Source: Macrostomum lignano (lineage: Eukaryota). From it: 64,000 nt of DNA. The DNA lies in assembly GCA_002269645.1 (NCBI GenBank), contig NIVC01000280.1, positions 248,001-312,000 on the forward strand. The letters run 5' to 3'. A program made the position numbers and the translations under genes. Position 1 is the stretch's first letter. Every line of letters begins with the position of its first letter. Shown here piece after piece: positions 61,527 through 64,000 of this stretch. The notes beneath the pieces were generated by a model. It was not told the origin of the DNA, did not search any database, and saw only the letters and a program-made list of their open reading frames with translations.

Positions 61527-62458
61527 GTTTTTAGTAAATATAAACTTCACTCAAAAAATTAATAAATATATCATTGCCTTTATTTTGTTAGCAAGTTAGC
61601 TTTGTTGTCTATAGCTAGTAAACAACTTTTAAAATGCTAATTATATTTTTACAAGACTAGAGTTCCCCTATAGCTATGTATATAGATATGGGAAATTACA
61701 GATACATTGATTTTGACCTCCAAGTTATAGATATGGATATGGTTACAAGAATAGAAACTTCCTAGATTTTTCTCATATCTTATATAGAACCTAGTTTTTG
61801 TTTAATTAGCTAGATCATACATATTGTTATAATACTTGTAGTTTGAAAATATCTAGAATCAATACCATGATACAAATATGCTCATATGTTCAATATTATA
61901 GTAATAATAGTTTAAAATATCACTTGTCAATAGACACATTGTATTGTACATTTACATTAAAATGTCAAATATACAAATGTATATACAAATAACAACTGAG
62001 TATATAAGATCATTATATTATTATGCATGGACATATACTTGTATATATAAATGTATATACTGTACATTGCAGCTACATGTAGGTAGGTAGGTACTTATAT
62101 AACTTAAATGCATAATAGAAAAATATGTTTGAAGACACTGCATTAGATTGAGACATGCATACCCTTGGGAAATCTTAATTCCCTAGTCATCATGGATATT
62201 TTTATATGTGAACCTATATTGAAACTCTTTATTGAATATTGATTTTTAAATAATTATATACATATATATATGCATATTTACCAAATTGTTTACTTTTTAT
62301 ATTTGTTTACTTTTGTCAGGTGTTAGTGTGCAAGCTGCTCTTGCACTTGCAAGTGCACAAGCACTAATCATCTAATGTTCATACTATCTATCAAAGTTTA
62401 CATTCAGTCTATGGTCTTTATTTTGAGAACAATGGCCTACCAAATATATACTCTTGAA

Positions 62459-62646
62459 GGGGCTGTAGCCCAGCAGTCTAGTGCAGGCTTTGGTGTGCCA
62501 GCAACCCAGGCTCAATTCCAAGTGCAGTCATATTAATTTGGGGCTGAATTGGAATCTCGGCTTGGCTCTGCTCATGCAATTAACCGCCTTGAGAGCCAAC
62601 CCCCAAGGTGCAGTGAATTAAACATGCCTAATGATAAAATAAAGTT
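62459..62646 (+). mobile_element. tRNA-derived SINE, copy 2
   Basis: A-box TAGCCCAGCAG, B-box-like GGCTCAATTCC; shares AATTGGAATCTCGGCTTGGCTCTGCTC(G/A)TGCAATTAA and the ATAAAGTT end with copy 1. Confidence 0.7.
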
Positions 62647-63566
62647 AGGGCCATTGCACACTCCTGTGTGAGTGTGTGCTTGCGTAAGTACCCACACACT
62701 TGTATGCCTACTCAGAGGAGTCAGCAGAATGGGCTATGTCCTATAAAGTTTGCCAGGGTACATATAACCCCCTGCCTCTAATAAAAAAATATTCTTTTAT
62801 GCAAATGATGGACCATAGCTGCCAAGCGCTTAGTCAGAAGCACTATCATTCTATATCTCATAGTCTCATTGGCTATAACTCAACAACTTTATATAATTGT
62901 TTACTTTTTATAAGCTATTAATACTTGAATGCTCTAAAAGATAATCTCTTATCCTGGTATAAAAAGAAACTAAAAATCTCTAACAAGCTTGCATAATACA
63001 ATACTACCCTATAGGAAAAAGTTGTAAAACTGCAGACGGCATCCAGTGCACTTTTGGAATTTTTCTAAAGCACAGTGTGCACACAGGCGTGCTGCCCTTT
63101 CTTGCTGGCTGCTGCTCTAGCAAATAAATATATATGGAAGAGGGTCTAATACCTTTGTGGAAGGGGCCTATACACTTGTAATTTTTGTATAATGCTTAGA
63201 GATGTTCCAAAATTTCAATCTTGATTTTCCAAAATTTGGAATTTTTAAGAATGAATTTTGATTTCAAAAAAATTCAGAAGTCAAAATTTTGGAAGTGTGT
63301 AAAGAGTGGCTAAAATAAACTAATTTGTGCTACATATATATTTTTTTGTTTTGCATAAGCAGTAAATCAAGAGTAAAAAGGAGAGTTTTGGTCATACCAA
63401 ATTTTGTTTTTTTGAATTTTGATTTTGGAAAATTTCAATTTCAATGTCAGACAGTTAGCAAATTTAGATTTTGACAGTAAATGATTTCTAATAATCCTAA
63501 AGCACACATCTGCAAGTTTTCAACATTTATTCTAATAGGGCAATAGTAGATGCAGTAACTTATCTG

Positions 63567-64000
63567 CCATAGTCTGGATCATTGCAGATATATGCCAAAA
63601 AGAATAACATTTTTTTAATTTTATACCAATGTAAAATAAAAAAATTATGCCAAGCCTAAAGTTGTTTATTTATATGCCAATTTTTTAAAGAATATATAGT
63701 TTTCTTTATATTCTTTATAATTTTGAATTAAATTAAAAAATGGCTGTTCTTTGCTAAAAACTAAAATTCTTTGTTTTAATATTATTTTTCTCCTAAATAG
63801 CATTAATATTTTTTAAGTTTCTAATTATTTTTAAGAGCTTTTGTAGGTTAATATTTAACTATAAGATTATATTAGCCTTGAACCATAGCCTGGATCAAGG
63901 CAAGTGTATGCCAGAATAAAAAATTCATATTTTTTTCAATTTTATACTGATGTAAAATTAAAAAAAATTTACACCAAGCTCAAAATTGTTTATATGCCTG
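63567..64000. repeat. Diverged ~110-bp direct repeat, period about 316 bp
   Basis: CCATAG(T/C)CTGGATCA...TATGCC blocks at about 63567-63678 and 63883-64000. Confidence 0.5.

Noticed and set aside
63197-63204. TAGAGATG as the partner terminal repeat of the hAT end CATCTCTA at 61519-61526
   Set aside because: It lies to the right of that end, so the two face away from each other and cannot bound the transposase; no matching end found for it either.

Overview
Eukaryotic (animal) genomic DNA, not prokaryotic. It has GC-rich spliceosomal exons separated by introns, most of which are filled by their own short-period tandem repeat (about 35 arrays, roughly 23 kb or one third of the window by my tally). 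This architecture most resembles the free-living flatworm Macrostomum, which is inference only. Reconstructed genes: an MTUS1/CCDC69-like coiled-coil gene (-, runs off the left edge), PEX5 (-), WASH1 (-), an LSF/TFCP2-type CP2 transcription factor (-, two apparent frame breaks), a SPATA4/SPEF1-like CH-domain gene (+), VPS52 (-) and 14-3-3 epsilon (-, first coding exon not found in the window). Mobile DNA: a young full-length Ty1/copia element, a 1.17-kb non-autonomous TIR element with a 3-bp TSD, two copies of a tRNA-headed SINE and a decayed hAT transposase. The most unusual item is a Pol III-type tRNA gene (6915-6989, -) with a Leu UAA anticodon, no long variable arm and the alanine identity set G1:C72, G2:C71, G3:U70, A73. 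Several single-base frame breaks in short runs suggest long-read consensus indels, so base-level claims need read confirmation. Exon boundaries were worked out by hand from GT/AG sites and phase; array limits are approximate.
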